A DNA stretch of 64,000 nt from Phyllobates terribilis (GCF_046119375.1 NW_027362765.1:568912001-568976000), one strand, 5' to 3'. Numbered from the stretch's first letter, positions 33,738 to 47,222 are shown. Numbers and translations: made by a program. The notes: generated by a model from the sequence alone, not told the origin.

Positions 33738-36700
33738 CCCCTTCCCGAAGTGCGCCGTACATGTACTGCTCTGCGGGAGTTGCATTCCCTCAAAGAGCAG
33801 TACATGTACGGGGTAGTGATTGGGCGGGCTCACGCTGAGCGCCGCCACGATCACGATCACATGCGGGTGTCAGCTTTGAGTGAGAGCTCACACCCTGCAG
33901 CAGTGCTCACGACTGGTGCTAGCACCAATTGCGGGCGTTTAACCCCCCTGAAACCGCTGTCAGTAGTGAGAGAGACATTGCAGGGCATCGCAGAGGGAGT
34001 GGGCTCTCTCTGTGATCCCATTAACACAACGCGATGTGATCGCCTTGTGTTGATGGTCTCCATGCTGACCCCTGGTCCCAAGATGGCCACGGGGTCCTTC
34101 AGGAAGGTGGCCTGTCAGCGCCTGCTCAGAGACCAGCAGCTGAGATTCCTCCTTCCTGCCTGTCAGATGCTGCTCTGATGCTCTGTAGTGCAAATGCATT
34201 GCAGAGCATCAGATCAGAGATCTGAAAGTTTGATAATGATGTCCCACCATGGGACAATGTAAAAAAGTAATAAAACATTTAATAAAAATTATAAAAATAT
34301 TTTTTTTAAAAATCACAAAATAAAGAAAAAAAAATATTAATCCAATAAATATATTTTTCTGTGTAAAAAAAACAGAAAAACCCCCAAAAAACAATAAAAG
34401 TACACATATTTGGTATCACCGCGTCCGGAACGACCCGACCTATAAAACTGTTCCACTAGTTAAACCATTCAGTGAACACTGTAAAAAAAATAGTAAAAAA
34501 CTATGCAAAAAATGATGCTTTATCATCATACCGCCAAACAAAAAGTGGAATAAAACGCGATCAAAAAGACACCTGTAAATAAATATGGTACCACTGAAAA
34601 CGTCATCTTGTTCCGCAAAAAACAAGCCACCATACAGCTCCGTCAGCAGAAAAATAAAAAAGCCACAGCTCTCAGAATAAAGCAATGCCAAAATAATTAT
34701 TTTTTCTATAAAATAGTTTTTATTGTGTAAAAGCGCCAAAACATAAAAAAAAATATAAATGTGGTACCGCTGTAATCGCACCAACCCGAAGAATAAATCT
34801 GCCTTATCAATTTTACCACACGTGGAACGGCATAAAAAAATCCCCAAAAACAATTCCTGAATTGCTGGATTTTGCTCATTCTGCCTCCCAAGCAACGGAA
34901 TAAAAAGCGATCAAAAAATGTCATGTGCCCAAAAATGGTACCAATAAATACATCAACTCGTCCTGCAAAAAACAAGCCCTTACATAACTCTGTCAGCCAA
35001 AATATAGAAAAATTATAGCTCTCAAAATATGGCGATGCAAAAACTTGTTTTTACAATAAAAAGCATCTTTTAGTGTGTGACAGCAGCCAATCATAAAAAC
35101 CCGATATAAATCTGGTATCGCTGTAATCGCTCCGACCCAAAGAATAAAGTCATCTAATCACTTATACCGCACGAGGAAAGGCGTAAAAAATATACTCCCA
35201 AAGAGTGCAGTAAGGCTCGGCTCACATTTATGCGGCGCTCTGCGCTGAGCGCTTATACCAGGGTTTCCGTGTAAATATCTGAAATATGTGATTCAGATGG
35301 GACACCCGGTGGAAGATTCCCTGTAATCAGACAGATGGAGGCACTGTGAACGCCATCTAGCTTATGATCCCACGGTGTCCATCTATTTATTAGATGTGCA
35401 TAAAAGTGCCGTCGGCCACAGTTCTGTGCACTTCTGAAAAGAAGGACAATGCTGAACAGAGGCCAGACGGATTCCAGACTAACTCTGCTGCCTCATTATA
35501 GTGAATGGATCCCTTGGGGATTTCATCTAAATCACACTTGATGGAAACCCCGATATAAGTGCTCAGGGTAGAGCTCAGGAAAAACGTGATCCAAAATGTT
35601 ATGTAAAATGTTCCCAATAAAAGCTTCAACTCCATTCACAAAAAAAGCCCTCACTCAGGTCCGTCATCTGTTAACAATAATATAGGGGCTTCCACATTAC
35701 TGGTAGCACAAAGGCTCTGGAAAAACAAAATGGCACCTCGCCCTCCAAAAGAAATCCCCCAAATTCTGCGCTCCCAAATCCAACTGTCCCCCTCCATTCT
35801 GCGCTCCAGTGTGTGTCTAAACCACAGTTAATGTCAACATGTTTGGCATTCCTGTAGCAATGAGAGCCTGCCTAAATAATGGTTGTATGTCTCCAGAAGA
35901 TTAAGCTGGGCATAATGTACTGGTCACTATAACATACTGGTCACTACAGCGTACTGGTCAATGGCAGTTTGCAATCTTCACTTAGCAACATCCACTGCTG
36001 CCTGTTTCTGGAAAACATCCATGGAGTCAAACTCATCACTACACCTGTAGATAAAATCACAAAGGGGTATAATTTCTAAAATGGGGTCACTTGAGAGAGA
36101 TTCTGCTCTTCTAGCATGTAGGGTCTCTGTATATGGAGTCCACAAACTATTCTAGGAAAATCTGCACTCCAGGAGGCAAAAAGCGCTCCGTCCCTCCTGA
36201 GACTTGGCGTGTTACTAAGCAGTACTGTACAGCCACATATGGGGTATTTCTACATTCAACAGAAAATGTGGGACAAATTTTGGTGCCATTTTTACCCATT
36301 TCCCATTGTAAAAATGTAAAACCTGGAGCTAAAGCAAAATTTTGGGGGAAAAATGTAATCATTTTTTCTTCACTGCCCAATGGTATAAAATAATGTGACA
36401 CACCTGTGGTGTCAATATGATCACTGCACCCCTGGATGAATTCATTGAGAGGTGTAGTTTGTAAAATGAGGTCACTTATGGGGGGTTCAGCTGATCTGGC
36501 ACCTCAGGGGCTCTACCAATGTGACATGGCACCCTCAGACTAGTCCAACTAAATCTGAACTCCAATATGGTGCTTCTTCCCTTTTGAGCTTTGCGCTATG
36601 CATACTCAATAGAAATTGCACAACAAATTTTGGGGTCCATTTTCTCCTGTTACCCTTGTGAAAATGCAAAATTTTGTGCTAAAAAACATTCTTGCGGGAA

Positions 36701-39189
36701 AAATTAGCTTTTTTTTATTTTCACGGCTGAATGTTGTAAACTTCTGTAAAGCAATTGGGGGTTAAAAGTGCTTATCACAAATCTAGATAAGTTCCCTGAG
36801 GTGTCTAGCTTCCAAAATGGAGTCACTTGTGGGGGCTTTCCACTGTTTAGGCACATCAGGGGCTCTCCAAACGCAACATAGCATCCACTAATTAGATCAG
36901 CAAATTTACATTTAAAAAGTCAAATGGCACTCCTTCCTTTCTGAGCCATGCCATGCGCCCAAACAGTGTTTTTTCCCCACATATGGGGTATCGGCTTACT
37001 CAAGAGAAATTGTACAACAAATGGTATGGGGGAATTTTTCCTGTTACTCTTATGAAAATGCAAAATTGGGGGCTGAAATACATTTTTGTGGTAAAAATGT
37101 GAACATTTTATTTTTACGGCTCAATGTTATAAATTTCTGTGAAGCATCTGGGGGTTCAAGGTGCTCACCACCCATCTAGATAAGTTCCCTGAGGGGTCTA
37201 GTTTCCAAAATGGTATCACTTTTGGGAGGTTTCCACTGTTTAGGCACATCAGGGGCACTCCAAACGCAACATAGCGTCCACTAATTATTCCAGCAAATTT
37301 TACATTCAAAAGGTCAAATGGAACTCCTTCCCTTCCGAGTCCTGCCATGCGCACAAACAGTGGTTTTCCCCCACATATGGGGTATTGGCTTACTCAGGAG
37401 AAATTGCATAACAAATTTTATGAGGCAATTTCTCCTGTTACTCCTATGAAAATGCAAAATTGGGGGCTGAAAAACATTTTTGTGGGAAAAATGTGAACAT
37501 TTTATTTTTACAGTTCAATGTTATAAACTTCTGTGAAGCACCTGGGGGTTTAAGGTGCTCACCACCCATCTAGATAAGTTCCCTGAGGGGTCTAGTTTCC
37601 AAAATGGTGTCACTTGTAGGGGCTTTCCACTGTTTAGGCACATCAGGGGCTCTCCAAATGCGACATGGCGTCCGCTAATTATTCCAGCAAATTTTACATT
37701 CAAAAAGTCAAATGGCGCTCCTTTAGATCCAAGTAGTGTTGAGCGAGTATGTTCTATTAACCCTTTCACCAAGTATGCTCGAGCCGAGCTCCGAGTATTT
37801 ATAGCTGCTCGATGATAAGGTTAAATCGCTCCCGTGTGCATGATTTGCGACTGTTTGACAGTTTTATTACATGTGAGGAATGTCTATTTCTTACACATTC
37901 CTCCCAAGTAATAAAGCTGTCAAACAGTTGCAAATAATGCACAAGGGAGCGATTTAACCTTATCACTGAGCAGCTATAAATACTCGGAGCTCGGCCCGAG
38001 CATACTCGGACAGAACATACTCGCTCAACCCTAGTTCCAAGCCCTTCTGTGCACCCAAAGAGTAGTTTTCCTCCACATATTGGGTATTCACGTACTCAGG
38101 AGAAATTTCAGAACAAATTGTATTGTGCAATTTTTCCTGTTACTCTTGTGAAAATGCAAAATTTGGTGTTGAAATAAACATTTTTTTGGAAAAATTTGAT
38201 TTCTTTATTTTTACGGATTAACGTTATAAACTTCTGTGAAGCACTTGGGGGTTAAAAGTGCTTACCACTCATCTAGATAAGGTCCCAGACGGGTCTAGTT
38301 TCCAAAACAGTGTCACTTGTGGGGGGTTTCCACTGTTTAGGCACATTAGCGGCCCTCCAAACATGACATGGCGTCGGTTAATTATGGCAGCAAATTTTAC
38401 ATTGAAAAAGTCAAATGGCGTTCATTCCCTTCTGAGCCCTGCCATATGCCGAAACAGTGGTTTTCCCCCACACATTGGGTATTGTTGTGCTCAAGAGAAA
38501 CTGCACAACAAATTTTGGGTCCATTTTATCCTGTTACTCTTGTGAAAGTAAAAAAAAAATTGGGTCTAAAGTAACATTTTTGTAAAAAAAAGTTAAATGT
38601 TTATTTTTTCCTTCCACATTCCAAAAATTCCTGTGAAGCACCTGAAGGGTTAATAAACTACTTGAATGTGGTTTTGAGCACCTTAGGTGTTCAGTTTTTA
38701 GAATGATGTCACTTTTGTGTATTTTCTGTCACATAGACGCCTCAAAGTCACTTCAAATGTGATGTGGTCCCTAAAAAAAATGGTTTTGTAAATTTTGTTG
38801 AAAAAATGAGAAATCGATGGTCAACTTTTAACCCTTATAACTTCCTAGCAAAAAAAATGTTGGTTCCAAAATTGTGCTGATGTAAAGTAGACATGTGGCA
38901 AATTTTATTTATTAACTGTTTTGTGTGACATATCTCTCTGATTTAAGGGCATAAAGATTAAACTTTCAAAATTTTTGCCAAATTTCCGATTTTTTCACAA
39001 ATAAACTCAAGTGATATCGAAGAAATTTTTAACACTACCATGAAGCAAAATATGCAATGAAAAAACATTCTCAGAATCACTGGGATCCGTTGAAGCGTTC
39101 CAGAGAAATTACCTCATAAAGTGACAGTGGTCAGAATTCAAAAAATTGGCCTGGTCAGGAAGGTGAAAACAGGCTTGGGGGTGAAGGGG
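33738..39189 (+). mobile_element. 5.45-kb non-autonomous piggyBac-like element with internal ~395-bp tandem repeats
   Basis: TTAA|CCCCTT...AAGGGG|TTAA termini. ATCTAGATAAG(T/G)T recurs at ~36781, 37173, 37567 and 38271. No transposase ORF. Confidence 0.85.
37734..38033. mobile_element. 300-bp palindromic hAT MITE
   Basis: TAGTGTTGAGCGAGTA...TACTCGCTCAACCCTA termini. TSD GATCCAAG/GTTCCAAG (7/8). The two halves are long inverted repeats. Confidence 0.88.
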
Positions 39190-40292
39190 TTAAAGTTGCT
39201 TGTTTTTCAAGTATTTGCCAATTTAACCATTTATGATTATGAGAAAACCTTGTCTAGGTTTTCCTAAACACTTGTAAAGACTAATTCTCAAAATTATTCA
39301 TCTCTAAATCTAAAGTATTTATCAGCCTTTACTCCAGTGAAAATACACAGCTTTAAAATTTTGTCTTTTGTACAACATTTTGATACTTCTATCCAATGAA
39401 AGGTTTTACTGTTACTTGTAGAATAATTCACTGACAAAAGGACATAAAGCAATAAAGACATCACTGAAAAACAAAAGAATAGCCATAATTGCAATACCAT
39501 GTCAAGACACAAATAGACAACAGAATGCAGCAGCCACCCCCCCACACCCCACCCGGGATAAAGGCAAGGCAGCACAAGTGCAAAGTACTAATGGAACAGC
39601 CACTTTCTAGCCCACCAAACATCTGTGGGTTGGATGCCTAGTATTCGAAATGCACACAGACTTGCATAGGTTGCCATTCACACCATTGCCTAAAATGCAC
39701 CTCTGTTGGTTTAACAGCCTATAACCAACACCACTATTATTGCTATTACTTGTAAATCATAAAGACCACCTCCTTTTGTATAATATTAGGCAACACAACT
39801 GCTTTGAAAGCAATCAGATGAGAAATTTCTTGGCTGTATCTCTCAACAGCTTTGATCATTTTAAAATGTTGAGAGAAGACCAAACCAGTTAAATAGTTGG
39901 AAATCTCTCAGAACATATAGAATAGCCTTAAAAGGGCATTAAAAATATGGTTGCTAATATGCTAATATAGAATAGCTGTAGCTTTAGCAGAATTGGATTA
40001 TCTACATGATCATTTGAATGGTCACTTTTCCCTTAAATAAGAAGTTTTCGAAGCTTGATCCATGGTATACTTCAGGCACATTTTTCATTTATTTCCATAT
40101 TATTAGTTAAAACAGATGTGAATTTCTCTTCTATCTAGCTGGGAACAGTTAATTTCAGATTAATTTCAATGAAAGGATACATAGGATGGGATTCATCAGT
40201 GGGATAGATTTGCACCATACGTAATGATCATTTTTGCCTACCTTTTATGTTCCTTTGATATGTGAACATAAACTTCAGAATAATGTTCTCAA

Positions 40293-40714
40293 AGGCCTCC
40301 TTCACATATCCGTGTCTCCAGGATGTGGGGTATCCATTTTTTTAACAGATACCACATGTACCTATTATAATCTATGGAGCTGTTCACATGTCCATGTTTT
40401 TTCATGGACCGCGCGTCCGTGCAAAACACAAGGAGACATGTCCATTTTTTTATGGCAGTACAGATGACAAGTGTCAATACAAGTCTATGGGTCCGTGAAA
40501 GACATGTACTGCATATGGATTGCACTTGTTTGCTCTATGTGTTTAACATTGCAAAGTATAGGAAAAGCTTTGTAATTTATTTCTTTATTTATCCATACTG
40601 GAAAAGCATTGATGACACTGATTGTAAAAATAAAGACACATATAACAAACTGATGATACACTGATGGAAAACACTGGTGACACCGTTTTTAATACAGACG
40701 TGTGAAGGAGGCCT
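40293..40714. mobile_element. MITE with AGGCCTCCTTCACA TIRs
   Basis: Perfect 14-bp inverted termini AGGCCTCCTTCACA / TGTGAAGGAGGCCT in A/T-rich flanks. Confidence 0.75.
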
Positions 40715-41102
40715 ATAAAAAGATATAGGACAAAAATACTAAATCTCTATGGAAAATAAATAATTGTTATATAGTTTGCAATAATTACCTAAACACAGTT
40801 ATTACTAAAGGCATAAGTGATTTATAGTTTACGGACAAAAGCCGTAATTTAGAAGATCATTAGTTATGTTTGGCAAAAGTACACCCACTTAGTCTATTTT
40901 TAAAGTGACATAAATAATACCCTCAATTCAATAAATTAATACATTTGGATAAAATCTTGCGTTAACAATCATCATATTGCAAAACAGTTATTAAAACCAG
41001 CAATTAGCTGTAAATAAAAACACTAACCTTTGTTATACGAGATCAGAAAGAATAGTTTTAGAGCTCTTACTTTATTGCCTTGACTTACTAACAAGTTTTA
41101 TC

Positions 41103-41163
41103 ATGTCAACCAAAGGTGGAAGTAACCAGTGCCCAAAGCCATCATGTGAAAAGTGCCCAGATC
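41103..41163 (+). CDS. Candidate host gene, coding exon 1 (MSTKGGSNQCPKPSCEKCPD, phase-1 end)
   Basis: ATG in TTATCATGT context, 20 open codons plus 1 nt, then donor C|GTAAGT. Confidence 0.7.
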
Positions 41164-42347
41164 GTAAGTATACAATTCTATTTCATTTTATTAAATATCA
41201 TTGCTTGCTTTGCTTGGAAAATTATTTTTTTTATTATTTTCTGTGCTTTATGGAAAATGTTAATTTTAATCTCATGGCATGAATTTATTGTCAGTCTCTT
41301 TCATATTTTTTGCCACAAATGGGATACTATGCAGTTTTCCCTATAGTACTCCTGGTATCAAGTTCTCTTTTAACTAAGCAATTAAAAAATTATCAAAGGG
41401 AATATGGACCACAAACGGCAGCATAACCCAATTTAGAATTTGGAAACATGTTTCATCTAGAAAAATTATGACAGGTTTCCATTGGCAATGCAATACTTCT
41501 TGTATTGCATTGTAAAAGCAGCTGAGATGTTACATACAACATGGGCATAGGTGCATCACTGTTTGAAAAGAAATACATAAATCTCCATGTTTAGGTAATC
41601 TTATAAAAGCCCTTTAACTGTAGGTTTTAGTTACACAAAATAGTGTCTCCACACTAAATACCCCTATAGAAACAGATTACATTAAGAGTCACCAGTTTGT
41701 TTCTATGTAATCTGAGAACACCCTAATGTAGGAGCAGAATATGATTCCCGCGATGTGTCCCTTACCAAAACAATGTGGCTTCCAAGCAAAAACTACCTGA
41801 AGAATGGTCAGATCCTGGAAAATACATCATGTGAATATATTTTTAGAATAATGAGGAGATTTACTAACAAAAGTACGGCTTAATTCTGTCTAAAACTGAG
41901 GCAGAATTGTGACGTACATGCCTTGTGTCACATTTATAGGTAAAATTTATCAACGATGTGTTCCAAATGTTTACATATTTTTTTTTGCTTCTAACGAGAT
42001 CTAAAAGTAAGCCAAATAATGCATTATGTACACATTCAAAAAATGCATCAAATATATTACCCTGCATTAGTCACTGATATATATTTGGTTTATTTTAAGA
42101 TTTGTCTGATTTTATGCAGTCTGACAATTACAAAAGATTTAAAAAGATGAGAAAATTTGCCATATTTTAGCAAACAATGTTCAAAATGTCCACCCAGAAG
42201 ATTACAGGAAAAATATATCTTTGTACCGTTGGAGTCAGTATTTAGAAAAATATTGAAAAATTAAGAGACCACGGTATCAACTACTGAGGACTCTCAGTTT
42301 TTTTTATATTTTTCCAGCCCAAACCTGTTGAGCATGTTTTATTTTAA

Positions 42348-42724
42348 GGGGGTTGTCCAGCCTTAGGCTACAAGTCTGCAGTCACTTTATGTGACTGCAG
42401 ACTTGTGAATCTTCACATTGTGGGCACAGCATGCTGTTAGGAAAATCCGATGCCGGCACCAGGCGCATGACCGCAAGTATGTGATTTGCATACATGCAGT
42501 CACATGCCGACTAGACATGTGCGGCCTTGATCAATGCAAGTGTATTGAGCGAGACCAGACAGGTCTAGTCAGAATGTGGCTGGAATTATGAAAATCTCAA
42601 ACTTGCGGTCTCATGACCGCCTGCTCCCAGCATGGTAGAATCCTAATAATGAGCAGTGAGGATTCACAAGTCTGTAGTTACATAGAGTGACTGCAGACTT
42701 GTAGCCTAAGGCCAGACAACCTCT
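42348..42724. mobile_element. T2/Kolobok-type MITE in intron 1
   Basis: TTAA flanks. Long TIR TTGTC..GCCTTAGGCTACAAGTCTGCAGTCAC / GTGACTGCAGACTTGTAGCCTAAGGC..GACAA. Confidence 0.85.
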
Positions 42725-44140
42725 TTAATTACAGATATATTGCTGCGGCAAAAGTGAAAACAGAAAGGACAGTCATATTGATTGTCACCTTTGAACTAGC
42801 ATCTCTAAATTGTAAGTTCGGAATTCATTTAAGCATATTATTTCTGAATAGCTCACTCAAAAGTTTCTAGTTGTATTTTTTTGCAAAAATAATCACCACA
42901 CTATAATATGAAAATAACAATATCTCTGATACATTAGATTTACACACATCAATTTTTAAAAAACTGCCACTGTAGCTTTTGATACATATTAATTTATTTG
43001 AGTCTAAACCAGGAGCAGGTTCTAGAGAAATGGGAAATATAACGGAAATATTTTGGGTGACATTAAAGGTGGAATAAATTCTCAAATAATTCTTCTTAGT
43101 ATGATTTATTTACATGACAATCTGGCATTTTAACAAGTGTGTTTTGACTTTTCATATCTACTGTTTATCAAAATCATCTTTGCATTATGGTTTGGCTTTT
43201 TTAAGCATTTGCTTCATACGTGTGATGGCAAACTATATTTTACAAGAATTTTATCCTTCTGGCTTGTGTGCCAAACTCGTATTTAAAACGATTTTCAGAT
43301 TAGTTAAAGAGTATATTAAATGGAGGACTCATTATGTATTTTTATTCAGTTCTGATGACCGAAAGGCATTTTGTTTTCCTGTTCTACCTTTACATAATGA
43401 CACATCATTAACACGTCATGTAGTTAAAATATTAGGTAAAATATTAATCACAAATGTGGTATTCATTTACATAATATTTCTGTACATTCTATAGTAATTC
43501 CTATTCTATTAATTCTTCCTAACTCTTGCAATTTAATTACTTATTTTTTCTGAGTGCTATATATACAAAATAGCTCTCTTGTGGAAGTTAGTAAAGTTCT
43601 AAAACTTCCTTGTGGAAGTTAGTAGTACTAGTTACTCTGTAAGCCAAAGTCCCAACCACTATACAACTGTAAGACACGACTATGGATAAACAAGTGGGGA
43701 AAATAAATCATAATTTAGACTATAGTCAAATAAAATGTGTTGTACACGTGCCAAATTCTTGGATCTAAAATTCTAGTATCATGCATGGTACAGCTAATGT
43801 AGTATGTGGCCAAGGTACTGGTTGTGTATTTGTGTGTCTGTGCGGAGGGATGGTAAGGAGTTACCAATATCATTATGTAAGCAAATGCTTTTTTATGTAG
43901 GGTTTCTCAGTTAACTTCTATTTAAGACTGTATTCACATGTGCCTTTTTTTAGGCTGCTTGTTGTGATGCATTTTATGAGCCATTGCAAGGAGTGAATCT
44001 AAAGAAAAGAAAAAAAGTATAATGGGAAGATTAATATATTTTCTTGCTTTGGCTTTGAAACCTGCATGTTTGATTTCTTCCTTAGTAAGACTATTGTAAA
44101 AAATGATGCAAGTAAGTATAAATTTTATTTTACCGTATAG

Positions 44141-44308
44141 CTTGTCAATACACTACACAGAAAGACTCCTGTGGAGGAAGTTCTGGATGTGGAGGAAGTT
44201 CTGGATGTGGAGGAAATTCTGGATGTGGGGGAAATAGCGGAAGTTGTGGAACTGGGGGAAATTGTGGAAGTGGTGGAAAGCAAACCCAATGCCAACATAC
44301 TACACATC
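44141..44308 (+). CDS. Candidate host gene, coding exon 2 (168 nt, phase 1-1; Gly/Ser/Cys repeats)
   Basis: Acceptor TTTTATTTTACCGTATAG| and donor C|GTAAGT. Encodes (P)CQYTTQKDSCGGSSGCGGSSGCGGNSGCGGNSGSCGTGGNCGSGGKQTQCQHTTH. Confidence 0.8.
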
Positions 44309-44538
44309 GTAAGTGAATTCCCTATACTCTGTATAATACGCAAATAAAATGAAGCTGTAGGTCTTGACTATTTGAGGACATCTGTTGAAGTTCACAGTCT
44401 TTCTGAAGCAGAGATTGCTAACCATAATTGTGGTTTTTGGCTACTGACATGCATACCCAGCCTTAAGTAAATCCAGTGCTAAGTATAATCAATAAAATGG
44501 AATCAAATTCTGGGTTATTAAGCATCCATGCAAATGTA

Positions 44539-46171
44539 CAGTACAGACCAAAAGTTTGGACACACCTTCTCATTTAAAGATTTTTTTGTATTTTCATGAC
44601 TTTGAAAATTGTACATTCACACTGAAGGCATCAAAACTATGAATTAACACATGTGGAATTATATACTTAACAAAAAACTGTGAAACAACTGAAAATATGT
44701 CTTATATTATAGGTTCTTCAAAGTAGCCACCTTTTGCTTTGATGACTGCTTTGCACACTCTTGGCATTCTCTTGATGAGCTTCAAGAGGTTGTCACCGGA
44801 AATGGTTTTCACTTCACAGGTGTGCCCTGTCAGGTTTAATAAGTGGGATTTCTTGCCTTATGAATGGCGTTGGGACAATCAGTTGTGTTGTGCAGAAGTC
44901 AGGTGGATACACAGATGAGAGTCCTACTGAATAGACTGTTAGAATTTGTATTATGGCAAGAAAAAAGCAGTTAAGTAAAGAAAAACGAGTGGCCATCATT
45001 ACTTTAAGAAATGAAGGTCAGTCAGTCTAAAAAATTGGGTAAACTTTGAATGTGTCCCCAAGTGCAGTTGTAAAAACCATCAAGCACTACAAAGAAACTG
45101 GCTCACATGAGGACCGCCCCAGAAAAGTAAGACCAAGAGTCACCTCTGCTTCTGAGGATAAGTTTATCCGAGTCACCAGCCTCAGAAATCGCAGGTTAAC
45201 AGCAGCTCAAATTAAAGACCAGGTCAATGCCACACAGAGTTCTAGCAGCAGACACATCTCTTCAACAACTGTTAAGAGGAGACTTTGTGCAGCCGGTCTT
45301 CATGATAAAATAGCTGCTAGAAAACCACTGCTAAGGACAGGCAACAAGCAGAATAGACTTATTTGGGCTAAAGAACACAAGGAATGGACATTAGACCAGT
45401 GGAAATCTGTGCTTTGGTCTGATGAGTCCAAATTTGAGATCTTTGGTTCCAAACACCGTGTCTTTGTGCGATGCACAAAAGGTGAACGGATGGACTCTAC
45501 GTGCCTGGTTCCCACCGTGAAGCATGGAGGAGGAGGTGTGATGGTGTGGGGGTGCTTTGCTGGTGACACTGTTGGGGATTTATTCAAAATTGAAGGCATA
45601 CTGAACCAGCATGGCTACCACAGCATCTTGCAGCTGCATGCTATTCCATCATCCGGTTTGCGTTTAGTTGGACCATCATTTATTTTTCAACAGGACAATG
45701 ACCCCAAACACACCTCCAGGCTGTGTAAGGGCTATTTGACCAAGAAGGAGAGTGATGGGGTGCTACGCCAGATGACCTGGCCTCCACAGTCACCAGACCT
45801 GAACCCAATCGACATGGTTTGGGGTGAGCTGGACCGCAGAGTGAAGGGAAAAGGGCCAACAAGTGCTAAGCATCTCTGGGAACTCCTTCAAGATTGTTGG
45901 AAGACCATTTCCGGTGACTACCTCTTGAAGCTCATGAAGAGAATGCCAAGAGTGTGCAAAGCAGTCATCAAAGCAAAAGGTGGCTACTTTGAAGAACCTA
46001 GAATATAAGACATATTTTCAGTTGTTTCACTCTTTTTTGTTAAGTATATAATTCCACATGTGTTAATTCATAGTTTTGATGCCTTCAGTGTGAATGTACA
46101 ATTTTCAAAGTCATGAAAATACAGAAAAATCTTTAAATGAGAAGGTGTGTCCAAACTTTTGGTCTGTACTG
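44539..46171 (+). mobile_element. Intruder-type (DD38E) Tc1 transposon, full length (1633 bp), in intron 2
   Basis: TA TSD at 44537-44538 and 46172-46173. TIRs of ~200 bp, CAGTACAGACCAAAAGTTTGGACACACC... at both ends. Confidence 0.95.
44953..46008 (+). pseudogene. DD38E transposase pseudogene
   Basis: MARKKQLSKEKRVAIITLRNEGQSV*KIG*TLNVS has two early stops. LWSDE...QDN-x38-[E->D]MVW spacing counted as 38. Confidence 0.9.
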
Positions 46172-46318
46172 TATATAAAACCAGCTCCAAATTAGAAAAT
46201 TAACAAATAATATTCTAATTTATTGATCATTAGATCATCGTAAAACATTTATGTTATTCTAATGCAAATTTTCCAAATTAAAGTACTGATATTCTTTGTT
46301 TTCTCTTTCAATTTTTAG

Positions 46319-46338
46319 ATCATTGCCATAAGAAATGA
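46319..46338 (+). CDS. Candidate host gene, terminal coding exon ((H)HCHKK-stop)
   Basis: Strong acceptor TTCTTTGTTTTCTCTTTCAATTTTTAG|. The phase-1 join gives HHCHKK then TGA. Confidence 0.65.
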
Positions 46339-46364
46339 GAGGAAAAAAAACAATGGGAGAGCTG

Positions 46365-46370
46365 AATAAA
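46365..46370 (+). terminator. Candidate polyadenylation signal AATAAA
   Basis: It lies 27 nt after the proposed stop. Another AATAAA is at ~46447. Confidence 0.45.
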
Positions 46371-47222
46371 GCTTTTAAGCAATTAATTTACTTAATTAAG
46401 ACTGCATACCTCCAATACTAACCATTATCATCAAGCCAAGCTATTAAATAAATCTAATGTGTTATTCATCCTATATAATGCTCAATTTATTTTATACTAC
46501 TTTTTAAGATGGAAGATGAAGTAATGAAATAGAGTCAAACCCACCATAACTGATGCTACAGGAAAATTAGGTGCTGAAAAAGAACCCCATAAAATGCATG
46601 TAAATCATGGATGATTCAGGTCTATTACAAGAGAAAACTTTATTGTACCTAATTGATTCTTACTTAAAACGAGGAACTTCCTTTTTTCATATTTTTCGTC
46701 TAACATGGTGTATAAATAATACCCTTTACTACTCAGATAGGTGATTTTTCATGTGGCAGATTTGTTTCAGACTTTTCTCCATGTGTCTCCTACATTTGAT
46801 TGGGACTTTTCAAATTTAATATGCTTACTGCAAATACAACCCCATTCAAATGTGTGGACTGATATTTCTGCAATTATTTTGCCATTTGTAAAATTACTCT
46901 TAAACGGTCACTGATGTCTACAAAGACTGCATAAATCAATTGCACGTGCAAGTGAAAGAAACTTTACATCAAATCTTATCAGACAAATATGCTTATTGTT
47001 CTAGCTATCAGCCACTTTGAATTCCCAGCTACACTGCCCAATATCCTGCATACTGTCCTCCATGCTTCTACTTCTAAACATGTACTACATAGAAACAGAA
47101 GAGCAAAAATCTCTTGTCACTATGCAATGTATGAGAGACACTGTAGCAACTAAAGTCTACCTCCTAGCTCAGAGACAACTGAAAAATAAAGGTAGAGCCA
47201 GTAAACGACTAGTATGCTTTAA

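Noticed and set aside
41116-46370. Alternative phase-0 reading of the same exons (…VEEVLDVEEVLDVEEILD…IIAIRNERKKNNGRAE*)
   Set aside because: This frame is open but has no ATG after the in-frame TAA at 41089, and repeat substitutions are synonymous only in the Gly/Ser/Cys frame. It cannot be fully excluded without RNA data.
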